IMG/VR virus record: IMGVR_UViG_3300032283_000325 | Coordinates: 1-34,990 of that record | Source of the DNA: a virus | Taxonomy: Duplodnaviria; Caudoviricetes | DNA length: 34,990 nt | Reading direction: 5' to 3' (one strand) | Notes under the pieces: generated by a model | What the model saw: the letters and a program-made list of their open reading frames with translations, nothing else | The model's database searches: none | Told to the model about the DNA's origin: nothing | Shown here: one piece after another, positions 7,609 through 16,367 of the stretch | How positions within the stretch are numbered: the stretch's first letter is position 1 | Layout: every line of letters starts with the position of its first letter | Made by a program: the position numbers and the translations under genes

Positions 7609-7632
7609 CTTTCGGCTACGAAGCCGTATAAT
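7605..7632 (+). promoter_or_regulatory. Promoter TTGACT-N16-TATAAT, with palindrome CGGCT-N4-AGCCG in the spacer
   Basis: Consensus -10 and near-consensus -35. Confidence 0.75.
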
Positions 7633-7694
7633 GATTACGCCCTCGCACGTTGCGCGGGACGGGCGCGGCGCTCCGCGTACATGAGGAGATGCAT

Positions 7695-8618
7695 ATGGAA
7701 CTCGCAAGGATCGGGCAAGCGCAGCTTGACCCCATGTCGGTCGCCCAGGTGTTCAAGGCTTCGGGGATGTTCCCCGACATTCAGTCGGAGGCCGCAGCGT
7801 GCGCGAAGATCATCATCGGGCGCGGCCTAGGCCTGTCGGACTATGACGCGATGACGGGCCTGCACATCATCAAGGGCAAGGCCGTGTTGGCCGCCAACCT
7901 GATGGCCGCCGCCATCAAGCGCGCAGGGAAGTACGACTACCGCGCCGCCTGCACGGACACGGAGTGCAGCATCGTGTTTTTCGGCCGCAGCCCGGAGAAC
8001 AAGTGGGAGGAGATCGGGACCACGACCTTCTCAATGGACGATGCAAAGCGAGCGCAGCTCGGCGGAGACAATTGGCGCAAGTGGCCCAAGGCCATGCTCT
8101 TCGCCCGCTGCATCTCGAGCGGCTACAAGCAGCATTGCCCGGACGCGCTTGGCGCGGCCCCGGTGTACGTTGAAGCCCACGGCGAGACCGAGATCACGGA
8201 GGAGGCCCCCAAGGCCCGCGCCGCCCTTGCCGCCCCCGCAGCCCCTACGATTGACGCAGAGGCCTCCGTGGTGGAGGATGCCCCAAAGCCCGTCCGCAAG
8301 CGCACGGCCAAGCAGGAGGCCAACCCGGCCCCGGAAACCCCGAAGGCGGCTGACGGCTACCCCGACGAGTACGAGGGCGAGTTCAAGATCCTGCGCGTGG
8401 TGCGCCGCCCCGGCAAGCCCATTGCAATTAACGCCGTGGGCGAACACGGCGCGGTGTGGATCGCCACCTCCGTGGCCGAATACGGTGACCTGGCGGACGC
8501 GAACGTGGACAAGGAGATGTGCCTTGAGGTCGCCCGGATCGGGCAGACCCTACAGGTCATGCGCGTCATCGGGCCGATTGCCCCGGCCAAGGTTGACCCG
8601 GCGGACGTACCCTTCTGA
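7695..8618 (+). CDS. RecT/Red-beta-like single-strand annealing protein with an SSB-like C-terminal tail
   Basis: GLHIIKGK, FSMDDAKRAQL, NWRKWPKAMLFAR; ends in DVPF; GAGGAG SD. Confidence 0.75.
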   Translation: MELARIGQAQLDPMSVAQVFKASGMFPDIQSEAAACAKIIIGRGLGLSDYDAMTGLHIIKGKAVLAANLMAAAIKRAGKYDYRAACTDTECSIVFFGRSPENKWEEIGTTTFSMDDAKRAQLGGDNWRKWPKAMLFARCISSGYKQHCPDALGAAPVYVEAHGETEITEEAPKARAALAAPAAPTIDAEASVVEDAPKPVRKRTAKQEANPAPETPKAADGYPDEYEGEFKILRVVRRPGKPIAINAVGEHGAVWIATSVAEYGDLADANVDKEMCLEVARIGQTLQVMRVIGPIAPAKVDPADVPF

Positions 8619-8625
8619 CCGTAGG

Positions 8626-8913
8626 CTAGTCGTTCTTCTCCCCCCCGTCTGCGGCCGCAGGAAGTTGGCCGGCAGGCGGGGGGTTTTCGTTTGCGAACGG
8701 GACGAGGCGGTTCAACGCCTCCTGCCGCTTGCGGCACGGGCCGCATTGACGGATACCCATTGCCTTCGTTGCGGCAGCCACAACGTCCCCCAGGCCGCGC
8801 CATCCTTCAGGCTTGCGCGTGCGATCAAGCTGCGCCAGCGCCCACGCCTCGCGCTCCGCTGCCGGCACGGAATCGGGGACTTCGATGCTGCGACCGTTGG
8901 TGGTGTAGATCAT
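8626..8913 (-). CDS. Small CxxC protein (GLGDVVAAATKAMGIRQCGPCRKRQEALN)
   Basis: ATGA overlap with the upstream gene; motif recurrent in phage small proteins. Confidence 0.75.
   Translation of the reverse strand: MIYTTNGRSIEVPDSVPAAEREAWALAQLDRTRKPEGWRGLGDVVAAATKAMGIRQCGPCRKRQEALNRLVPFANENPPPAGQLPAAADGGEKND
8641..8692 (+). terminator. Intrinsic terminator of the plus-strand operon, inside the 3' end of the convergent gene
   Basis: CCCCCCGTCTGC...GCAGGCGGGGGG followed by TTTTCGTTT. Confidence 0.7.
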
Positions 8914-9854
8914 GTCAGCGTAATGGTGGACGGCAAGGTGAACCCGTAGCCGTTGGCTGAACCGCACAAGCACTCGGCTGGGTTGTCGGGTGCGCCTGTA
9001 GTGATGGTGTCGCATGACGCGCCAGGAAACGGCGGTGCATACGACAGAGAATTCCACGGGCCGCCAAAGCTGGCGTGCGTTTGATAGAAGTTCAATGGAA
9101 CGGTCACTCGTGAAAGGTAGCGCGTGTAAATTCCGGTGAGAGTACGAGTGGCGGTAAACGGAACAGGCTTGTAGAAGTACGCTTCTGCGCTCCAGCCGTG
9201 GTAATACCCATATTCGTATGCTGAGTCATACGGTGGATCACACAAAGTTGAGCCAGTCTCATTTGTCGCTTGTACGGGGTAATACGGCCCGGTGGTATTG
9301 AACCCACCAAAGTTCACATAGACAACATCGTACAGGCCGCTTGCTCCCCCACAGCAAGAGCAAGTCGAACAGATGCCACCAATGTTCAGTCCGCTGCATA
9401 GATATTTGTATGCGACAATTCCGCCATTATCAAACGTGTTGGATTCTGACAATACCGCAATACCATTTGCCGTTCCCGTGAACTGCATATTTCCAGTCCA
9501 GTTTCCGCCCCTGTAAGTCAACGTGTCCTCGGTGATAGCGCAGCATTCGCAATTTGGATCGTCATTGCGATACCAACCATCTCGGTAATACTTTCCTTGA
9601 TATGCACCTATGCCGTTATTCCACCCAGCCCAAATCTTGCGGTCGCAATAGATCGGCGTAGATGTGCCGCAAATGGTGGACACACAGTCGGCGGTGGTAG
9701 AAAGCCCCTTTGGCTCTCCGCGAACCCATCCAGCCTGAGAGGCCGTAATGGTGAAGGTTGGCGTAGACGTACCGACAACCGGAACGCAGACGGTGTTACC
9801 CGGCGGGATTGTCCCACCGCCACAGCAACACGAAGCGTTCAGGATGCCGCTCAT
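8910..9854 (-). CDS. Cys/Tyr/Thr-rich protein, 314 aa with 19 Cys; possible tail-tip or receptor-binding protein
   Basis: Starts MSGILNASCCCGGG; lower GC than its flanks; at the end of the late operon. Confidence 0.7.
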   Translation of the reverse strand: MSGILNASCCCGGGTIPPGNTVCVPVVGTSTPTFTITASQAGWVRGEPKGLSTTADCVSTICGTSTPIYCDRKIWAGWNNGIGAYQGKYYRDGWYRNDDPNCECCAITEDTLTYRGGNWTGNMQFTGTANGIAVLSESNTFDNGGIVAYKYLCSGLNIGGICSTCSCCGGASGLYDVVYVNFGGFNTTGPYYPVQATNETGSTLCDPPYDSAYEYGYYHGWSAEAYFYKPVPFTATRTLTGIYTRYLSRVTVPLNFYQTHASFGGPWNSLSYAPPFPGASCDTITTGAPDNPAECLCGSANGYGFTLPSTITLT

Positions 9855-9898
9855 GCCACGATGACGAGCGCAGCGATGAAGATGAGCAGGCGCGTCAC
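9851..9898 (-). CDS. 15-aa hydrophobic micro-ORF MTRLLIFIAALVIVA
   Basis: GTGA overlap upstream and ATGA overlap downstream; fills the gap exactly. Confidence 0.45.
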   Translation of the reverse strand: MTRLLIFIAALVIVA

Positions 9899-10011
9899 TT
9901 GATGATTCCGCGCTTGCAAAGGTAGATGCCGCCGGCAACGCCGAGGCAGAAGCAAAGGGCGGCCGCCCACACCGAGCCAACGAAACTGGAGAGGTCTGCG
10001 AGAAGCATCAT
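9895..10011 (-). CDS. 38-aa single-pass membrane peptide
   Basis: MMLLADLSSFVGSVWAAALCFCLGVAGGIYLCKRGIIK; TGATG overlap with the upstream stop. Confidence 0.65.
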   Translation of the reverse strand: MMLLADLSSFVGSVWAAALCFCLGVAGGIYLCKRGIIK

Positions 10012-10502
10012 CAAGCCTTTCTTCGAGTCTTTGCTTTGCGATATGCCGCATCAAATTCAGGATCTGACCGCATTGCCGCGATGAATTCCCGATCCCCTTC
10101 GGGTCGGTTGGGGTCTAGCATATCCACGGCGAGTTCCGCCGCGGCTACCTTTTTACGAGGCAGCCATCCGATTGCAACGCGCATGGCCGTGCCAATGCCC
10201 GATTGCCATACGAGGAAGGCGATGCCTGCCACGGCCACGCCGATCCCCCACCACCGCAGGGTCGAAAGCCATGTCGGGGTGATGTCCTGCACCTTGGTGA
10301 GCTGAACGTGGATGTCCGCTGCCGTGGTGTCAATGCGCGTGGCGCGCTCCACCACCTCCGCGTCCTTGATGGCGTGGCCGTGGTCAATGAGCGCCTGGGC
10401 ATCCGTGCGGATGGCGTTCGTATCACCCGCGATACGTTCCACCGGGCTGCACGCGACCGCCAGCAGGGCCACCGCCGCAAGGGCAAGCCATACTCGGCTC
10501 AT
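10011..10502 (-). CDS. Lipoprotein with a second membrane helix (unimolecular spanin-like?)
   Basis: Signal peptide with lipobox LAVA-C, helical linker, then TM segment WWGIGVAVAGIAFLVW. Confidence 0.6.
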   Translation of the reverse strand: MSRVWLALAAVALLAVACSPVERIAGDTNAIRTDAQALIDHGHAIKDAEVVERATRIDTTAADIHVQLTKVQDITPTWLSTLRWWGIGVAVAGIAFLVWQSGIGTAMRVAIGWLPRKKVAAAELAVDMLDPNRPEGDREFIAAMRSDPEFDAAYRKAKTRRKA

Positions 10503-10762
10503 CGCTTTTCGATCTTCCCCACGCGCTCCTCGAGCGCCCCGATGCGGACGTTGATGACCCGGATCTGTGCGTTCCCCTCCCCGGTCGCCTGCTGGATCTT
10601 CTCCATCTCGGAAGCCATCTTGTCCAAGGCGCGCGTCTGCTGCTCGTCGCGTTCGCTGCGCTGCCCCGCGTAGACGAACGCCCCGGCAATGGCAATGACC
10701 GCCACCGCAAGCTGCGCGGGCTTCATCCAAAACTCCACGGCATTCTTGGTTTCGATGGTCAT
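10499..10762 (-). CDS. Membrane-anchored coiled-coil protein (holin / lysis-module-like)
   Basis: One TM helix followed by a heptad C-terminus (IGALEERVGKIEKR). Confidence 0.6.
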   Translation of the reverse strand: MTIETKNAVEFWMKPAQLAVAVIAIAGAFVYAGQRSERDEQQTRALDKMASEMEKIQQATGEGNAQIRVINVRIGALEERVGKIEKR

Positions 10763-10765
10763 GGC

Positions 10766-12406
10766 TCACCACGAGGAAATGATGCAGATGAGGCCACCGC
10801 CACCGTTGCCGCCAGCGCCCGTAGTGGTAGTGGATGCCCCCGATCCGCCACCGCCCGCTCCGTAGCCGCCCAAGCCGCCAGCGGCGCTTGTGCCGCTTGA
10901 CGAGGTGCTACCACCGCCACCCGAACCGTAGAAGCCCACGTTAGTGCCTGCACCGCCTGTTCCATCGCCGCCTGCGCCAATGCCAACCCGCGTAGCCCCT
11001 GATCCGCCGGCGTAAGTCGTGCCGCCCGAAGACATCCCGCCGCCACCACCGCCTCCTGGTGCGCCCTGCGAAGTGCTAGCAGTCGTTCCAATCGCAGCCG
11101 TTCCGCCCGCGCCACCAGCACCACCAAGCCACAATGCGTTGGTCGTGAGAGCCGCACCGCCCGCGCCGCCCGAATTCGTGCCGCCTGCGCCAAAGTTGCC
11201 GCCAGCCGCGTAGGCGTAGGTAATGCCGGATGCGGATGCTGACGATGCGCCGCCCGCCGTTCCTGGGTTGCCGTTGTTGGTCGCCGAAACACCCGCGCCA
11301 CCCGTGCCACCCGTACCCACCGTGACGGTGAGCGAACCCGGAAGGGCCACGGCGCGGTACGTCAGCTCGGTGATGCCGCCGCCGCCGCCTGCACCGCCGC
11401 CACCCCTGTTTCCGCTTGCTGCGGCATGGCCGCTACCGCCGCCTCCCCCTGCTCCGATGCACAAAATCTGCACCGTGCGGCAGCCGCTCGGCTTCGTCCA
11501 TGTTCCGGAGGTCGTAAAGAGCTGCACATCGACACCCGCCCCAGGCTCCCATTGAGTCGTGCTAGAAACGTAGCGCAGCAAGTCGCCGTTGGACGGAGCC
11601 GATGACGAAACGGACGTGCTGCGAATCTTGGCGACGGTCGGGGATGGGTAGGTTCCTGACAGGTCGCCCGAGGCCGCCCCGCTAGGCGCTCGAGAATCCG
11701 ACAGGCGCGCATCGTTGCCAACGCACGCCGTGGTCGATGCCGTGCCAAACGACACCACAAACGTCCGGCTAGCAGTCAGATCGCCGCCACCCGTCAGGCC
11801 CGTGCCTGCGGTCAGGACGATGCTATTCGCTGCCTTGGCCGCGAGGTCGGTGGTCAGGTTGGCGACCTGGGACTGCGCAAGGCCAGCGGCAGGAATTGGG
11901 TCGCTGCCGGCGCTGCCGTGGCTGCTGCCGTGGGAAGTCGGGGTGCGAGCGTTTGAAAGCCTGCTGTCCGTTGCACCAACAAGCTGCGTAGATGTTCCTC
12001 CACCCGACGTAGCAATGTCTGCCGAAATAGTGCGATTCGTAGACAGGTCACCACCGCCGGACAATCCCGTTCCCGCAATTACTTGCCGAGTGGTAGGAAC
12101 AAGACCTACCAAAGTTGAGCTCAAGTCCTCCACCTGACTGATTGTGATTGTCACCGGATCGCTGCTTGTTGCGTAATGACTTGCCGCGTGTGCCGTTGGC
12201 GTGCGGGCGTTTGACAAACGGCTATCCGTAGCCTCCACGATCTTGCCCGCCGTAGCCGCGCCGCTGGCTGCAAAGTCTGCGGCGATGGTTCCGGTAGCGG
12301 TGATAGTCCCGCCCGTCAGTCCCGTGCCAGCCGTGATGCTCACGACCGCGCCGGCGGAAACAGTCACGCCGGAATCAACCACCGAGATGGATACTTGGTC
12401 GGCCAT
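10766..12406 (-). CDS. Tail fibre protein with internal repeats and a Gly-rich C-terminal domain
   Basis: Three AGTGL(T/S)GG...DxRLS repeats; FTTSGTWTKPSG...GAGGGGGSG Gly-rich domain. Confidence 0.8.
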   Translation of the reverse strand: MADQVSISVVDSGVTVSAGAVVSITAGTGLTGGTITATGTIAADFAASGAATAGKIVEATDSRLSNARTPTAHAASHYATSSDPVTITISQVEDLSSTLVGLVPTTRQVIAGTGLSGGGDLSTNRTISADIATSGGGTSTQLVGATDSRLSNARTPTSHGSSHGSAGSDPIPAAGLAQSQVANLTTDLAAKAANSIVLTAGTGLTGGGDLTASRTFVVSFGTASTTACVGNDARLSDSRAPSGAASGDLSGTYPSPTVAKIRSTSVSSSAPSNGDLLRYVSSTTQWEPGAGVDVQLFTTSGTWTKPSGCRTVQILCIGAGGGGGSGHAAASGNRGGGGAGGGGGITELTYRAVALPGSLTVTVGTGGTGGAGVSATNNGNPGTAGGASSASASGITYAYAAGGNFGAGGTNSGGAGGAALTTNALWLGGAGGAGGTAAIGTTASTSQGAPGGGGGGGMSSGGTTYAGGSGATRVGIGAGGDGTGGAGTNVGFYGSGGGGSTSSSGTSAAGGLGGYGAGGGGSGASTTTTGAGGNGGGGLICIISSW

Positions 12407-12753
12407 TAGACGGACCCCGCGTAGATGTTGACCTGTGCCGAACCAAGTGAAATCAATCGCTTGACCACGCTGCTGGGGAACAGGATGTCAAGGTCATACA
12501 GCGCGTTGCCGCACGGGAACGCGTTGGTGATGGTTGAAGGAATCTTGATAGTTGCAACGGTTTTTGCGCCGTTCAGCGTGATGTAGTTGGACGTATTGGC
12601 AGTCAAAAAGGCCGTTTCGCCCGCTCGAGCCACGCGGAGCCGCCAATCCGTGGCCGTTGCAAGCGCGGGATAGGTCGCAGGCCAATCGCTGACCGTAACT
12701 ACCGCCTGAAATTCCGCGCCTTGCTCGAAGATGATGTTCCAAGTAGTTGTCAT
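12406..12753 (-). CDS. Small tail/fibre adaptor protein (BppU N-terminal-like)
   Basis: FEQGAEF...LYDLDI...KRLISLG pattern; directly upstream of the fibre. Confidence 0.6.
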   Translation of the reverse strand: MTTTWNIIFEQGAEFQAVVTVSDWPATYPALATATDWRLRVARAGETAFLTANTSNYITLNGAKTVATIKIPSTITNAFPCGNALYDLDILFPSSVVKRLISLGSAQVNIYAGSV

Positions 12754-12759
12754 GGTTTA

Positions 12760-14538
12760 TTAACCTCCACCCGTAGTGCATTCTACGACCACAGCGTTCG
12801 GCATTGAGAACCAATACTGCGGTCCAAATGGCGGCGACCCGGTCGTGTACGAGGTCGGGAATTGCTCTACCATCATCACGATGGTGTCGTTGGCAATGGC
12901 AACCGCTCGGATGGTCGCATTGGTGTAGTCGCTCTGCGCGACCCCTGGCGCAATGAAGTTGCGAGTGTCGCCCGCTCCATAGTTCAGGTTGGCGTTCTCT
13001 GCCATGTTGCGGGCCAAAATCGACCCGCTGCGCCCATACGCGCCAATGGCAACGCTCGGAGTTCCGCCTGCGCCAGCGGCCGGATTCGGTTCGACTTCCT
13101 CAAACGAATACCGCCACCGCCAGTTGGTATACAGCTCCGAACCCGTGATCTTGGCAGGGAACACTCGGCACATCGGCGGCGGAACGTCGATGATGGTTGC
13201 GCCCACGAGGTTGCGGTACGCCTGGGCGTTGCCCTTGGCCGTCACAAGGTCGGACGGGTTTACCTCCGAAGTGCCTTGCAGCCCGAACCGCCAATCGTCC
13301 TCGCGTGCCTCGCTAATCGTGTACGGAGCAAGCTCGCCGTCGATCTCGGCCATCCGGTAGGACACGTTGCCGATCTGCCCGATGGTCGTGGACGCATCCG
13401 TATACCACGGAATCCATCCCGCCCACACCGTGCGACCAAAGGGGATATTGCTGTTCCGGGAAACGTAATCGTCTCGAATCTTGGTGCGCGACAAAGCCGG
13501 CGGCCATCCCGGCGAGGTTGTCAGTTCCGCGCCGGATGAATCGTTCACCACGATGGAAGCATCCGTGAGGTAGGCCGATCCAATGTCATTAGGAGCGCGC
13601 ACCCAACTAGGCGTAGCGCCTTGTGTGCTTACCGCCTGCTGGCTGAAGTTGATGTCGGCTGCCGGCGTATTGGCGATGGTGACGTTGTTGAACACCGTTC
13701 GCGCTTCCACGCTGCGCCGGGGCATGATCACCGAAGCAATTTGCGGGGCGCGCGCCTGATATCCGGTCGCGTTCCACAGGCTCACCAGCGCATCCGTGGA
13801 CAACGCCGCGCCATTGACGGGCTGCATACCCCCGCGCATGGCCGCCTGATAAGTGTTCATTGCGGTGTTGTATTGCGCTTTGAGGCCCGTCCGGCTGATG
13901 AACCGCGTGGCGCTGCCTGTCGATACCACGATCTGCTGATTGGCCGATGCGATGGCATCAAGCAGGATGGAGAGGCTGACGTTGGGTGATCCGCACAGAT
14001 CGGACAGCCGGCGGATGTATTCCGGGCTTTGCGTGGTGAAGCTCGTGGGCATCGTCAGATTGTCGCCCGATGCCACCGTCCCGATGTCCGTGATGAGATC
14101 CGAATAGGTGCGGGTGGAGTCAACCCGCCAGCGCCCATCGCTTGACCAAGTGGGGGACAGGTTGGTGTTCAGAATGGCCGCGCTAGAGAACTTCCAGTAC
14201 CACCGCTCGTCCACCAGCTCAACCATGACCACGCCGCCCGACTCCCGCCAAAAGAACGGCTGCTGCGGACGGGCATACAGGCCCGACAGCACGACCGACC
14301 GTCCGCTTGAGTCCTCAAGGGTAAGGCTGACGGTGGTAGACCCGTACAGGGTCGCAATCTGCGTGGAGGCCACAAGGACGCTTGCCCGCGTGTGCTGCGT
14401 CATGCCCACCGGGACATCAACGCGGAACAGATCCTCCTCCGCAATGCCGATCTGCCGCGCCGTGCTTCGCATCTCCTGCGTGGGCAGAAGCGTGGGGATG
14501 ACGTTCGCGCCTGCGGTGATGTACGCGCTTACGCTCAT
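12760..14538 (-). CDS. Tail-tip / baseplate hub-like protein, 592 aa
   Basis: Position after the tape measure; VELVDERWYW motif; beta-rich composition. Confidence 0.6.
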   Translation of the reverse strand: MSVSAYITAGANVIPTLLPTQEMRSTARQIGIAEEDLFRVDVPVGMTQHTRASVLVASTQIATLYGSTTVSLTLEDSSGRSVVLSGLYARPQQPFFWRESGGVVMVELVDERWYWKFSSAAILNTNLSPTWSSDGRWRVDSTRTYSDLITDIGTVASGDNLTMPTSFTTQSPEYIRRLSDLCGSPNVSLSILLDAIASANQQIVVSTGSATRFISRTGLKAQYNTAMNTYQAAMRGGMQPVNGAALSTDALVSLWNATGYQARAPQIASVIMPRRSVEARTVFNNVTIANTPAADINFSQQAVSTQGATPSWVRAPNDIGSAYLTDASIVVNDSSGAELTTSPGWPPALSRTKIRDDYVSRNSNIPFGRTVWAGWIPWYTDASTTIGQIGNVSYRMAEIDGELAPYTISEAREDDWRFGLQGTSEVNPSDLVTAKGNAQAYRNLVGATIIDVPPPMCRVFPAKITGSELYTNWRWRYSFEEVEPNPAAGAGGTPSVAIGAYGRSGSILARNMAENANLNYGAGDTRNFIAPGVAQSDYTNATIRAVAIANDTIVMMVEQFPTSYTTGSPPFGPQYWFSMPNAVVVECTTGGG

Positions 14539-16367
14539 GCGTAGTCCTGGGGCGTGCCGACGTTGTACGCGGCCGCGTTGGTGTCGGCGTTGAACACGGA
14601 CACGGCGGTGTTCTGCCCGTCTGTATCGGTTCTAAACCCGAGAGATGCCGGGGCAATGACCGTCTGCGTGGGCGACCACCATTGCCGGCGACCGGACACG
14701 GTGCTGTACCCGTTGCTCGTTGCGCCACCGCCGTCATAGGACTTCAGGGTGCGGGTATACACCCCGATGAACGTGCGCTGGCCACCCGTATCGACATCGC
14801 CGAAGTTGACCTTCCAATCGTCCTTGACGACCACGAAGCCCGATGGAATCGGCCGGAAGATGCGCTGCGGCGGGGTGTTGACCCCCTTGACCGTGGTGAC
14901 TTCCTCAAGGACCGTGCTTGCCTTGCCCGCCTGGAACACGAAGTCCGAACCCTGCGTGTAGAGGGTTTGAAGGCGGTGCATCTTGGTGTCGGTATAGACG
15001 CTCGTGACCGTCTGCGACCGCTCCACGCCAGCGGGCTGGTTGGCCGCGTTGTTGGTCATGCGCGGCAGCGTGGCAAACGGCCCCTGATTCATCGCCGTAT
15101 TGGCATCGTCAAAGTTGGTATCCGGGGCCACCATTGAGGTGGTCGGAGTGCCAGGAGTGCAATAGGCGGTGATCGCCGTGATGACTTCGGCCACGGGAAG
15201 AGTGCTTGCAACACCCGGAGTCTTGGCCGACAGGCTGTTGTTGTACCAATGTGGGACAGACGCAATACCCGTGGTTCCACCATAGGAATCCGGGTATTCC
15301 GGGCAAGTCCGCGTGACCGTGAAGAATTGGCCGATGAGGTTAGCAAGCGGAACGGGCGGGAGCGTGGTGGAGGGCGTTGGATCGCCGGCAAAGGCGTAGC
15401 ACCGCGCCTGAATCTCCACGCGCACCTTGGCACGCGTCATCATCTCCTGCTCAGAGAACACAATGCGGTCAAGCTGCGACGAGCGGAACGGAATGCGGGT
15501 TTGCGCCAGCACCACGGCTGCCCACATCATGTGACGGACATCGCCATTGATTGGCCCCTCAAGGTCGCAGTTGAACCGCAGGGTGGCAAAGGTCAGGTCG
15601 GTACGGGAACGCTCGTAGGTGAAATCGCAATTACCCGTCAGCGCGCTGTCGGGCAGCTTGATGCGCGCCTGGGTATCCACGATGGTGTAGATGAGCGAGT
15701 TGCCGCTTTCGTTGTAGGCAAACGTCTGCGACTCGCGCCGCCAAATGCTGCTGTCCGGCGGACGGGTCGGCAGGATGGCCTTGCGGAACAGGTCGGCCCA
15801 AGGCGCTTTCCCGTTGACTTGAGCAGCCGTGTTGTCCTCGGCGTAGGTCGTGTCTGCGTTTGTGTTCGACAGGTCAAGAACAATGCTTCCCGTGACCGTG
15901 CGCGTCATGTGACCTGCGGCATCAAGCGTGAACGACTGCACCCACCGATGGGACACAATCGGGCAATCGTCCTCCTCGGCCATCGCGTGACCCACGATGG
16001 TGAACGTAATCATCGCCGCCTGCCGGCCGCTGATTTCCGTGACGGTCATGGACATCAGGGGGCCGCGCAGCGCATCCGGCCCGGATGACTCGTAGACCGC
16101 TTCGGTTGCGCCGTCTGCCGTCACCCAAATCTTGACCTCGTCAACGCGACCTGGTTCCTTCTTGAGTAGGTTTGCAAGCGTGGTGTAGGTCGAAGTGCCG
16201 TAGGACACTAGCGCGGACCCCGAGATGGTGGTTTCGTAGCGGATCTGCGTGTAGCCGTCCTCCGCGTAGATTGCCCGCGCATCCCACGAGGTGATGTTGG
16301 CATACGGAAGCGTGAACGTGTTGTCGCCCAGCTTGAACGCCACCCATGTATTGCCGTTGGTAGACAT
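14535..16367 (-). CDS. Tail structural protein, 610 aa (distal-tail position)
   Basis: Coupled to the tape measure stop; Thr-rich, beta-rich. Confidence 0.6.
   Translation of the reverse strand: MSTNGNTWVAFKLGDNTFTLPYANITSWDARAIYAEDGYTQIRYETTISGSALVSYGTSTYTTLANLLKKEPGRVDEVKIWVTADGATEAVYESSGPDALRGPLMSMTVTEISGRQAAMITFTIVGHAMAEEDDCPIVSHRWVQSFTLDAAGHMTRTVTGSIVLDLSNTNADTTYAEDNTAAQVNGKAPWADLFRKAILPTRPPDSSIWRRESQTFAYNESGNSLIYTIVDTQARIKLPDSALTGNCDFTYERSRTDLTFATLRFNCDLEGPINGDVRHMMWAAVVLAQTRIPFRSSQLDRIVFSEQEMMTRAKVRVEIQARCYAFAGDPTPSTTLPPVPLANLIGQFFTVTRTCPEYPDSYGGTTGIASVPHWYNNSLSAKTPGVASTLPVAEVITAITAYCTPGTPTTSMVAPDTNFDDANTAMNQGPFATLPRMTNNAANQPAGVERSQTVTSVYTDTKMHRLQTLYTQGSDFVFQAGKASTVLEEVTTVKGVNTPPQRIFRPIPSGFVVVKDDWKVNFGDVDTGGQRTFIGVYTRTLKSYDGGGATSNGYSTVSGRRQWWSPTQTVIAPASLGFRTDTDGQNTAVSVFNADTNAAAYNVGTPQDYA

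Noticed and set aside
10780-11460. Gly-rich low-complexity DNA as a tandem-repeat element
   Set aside because: Explained by the ordinary glycine-rich fibre domain
8910-12406. Diversity-generating retroelement target in the fibre or Cys-rich gene
   Set aside because: No reverse transcriptase and no template/variable repeat pair differing at adenines was seen
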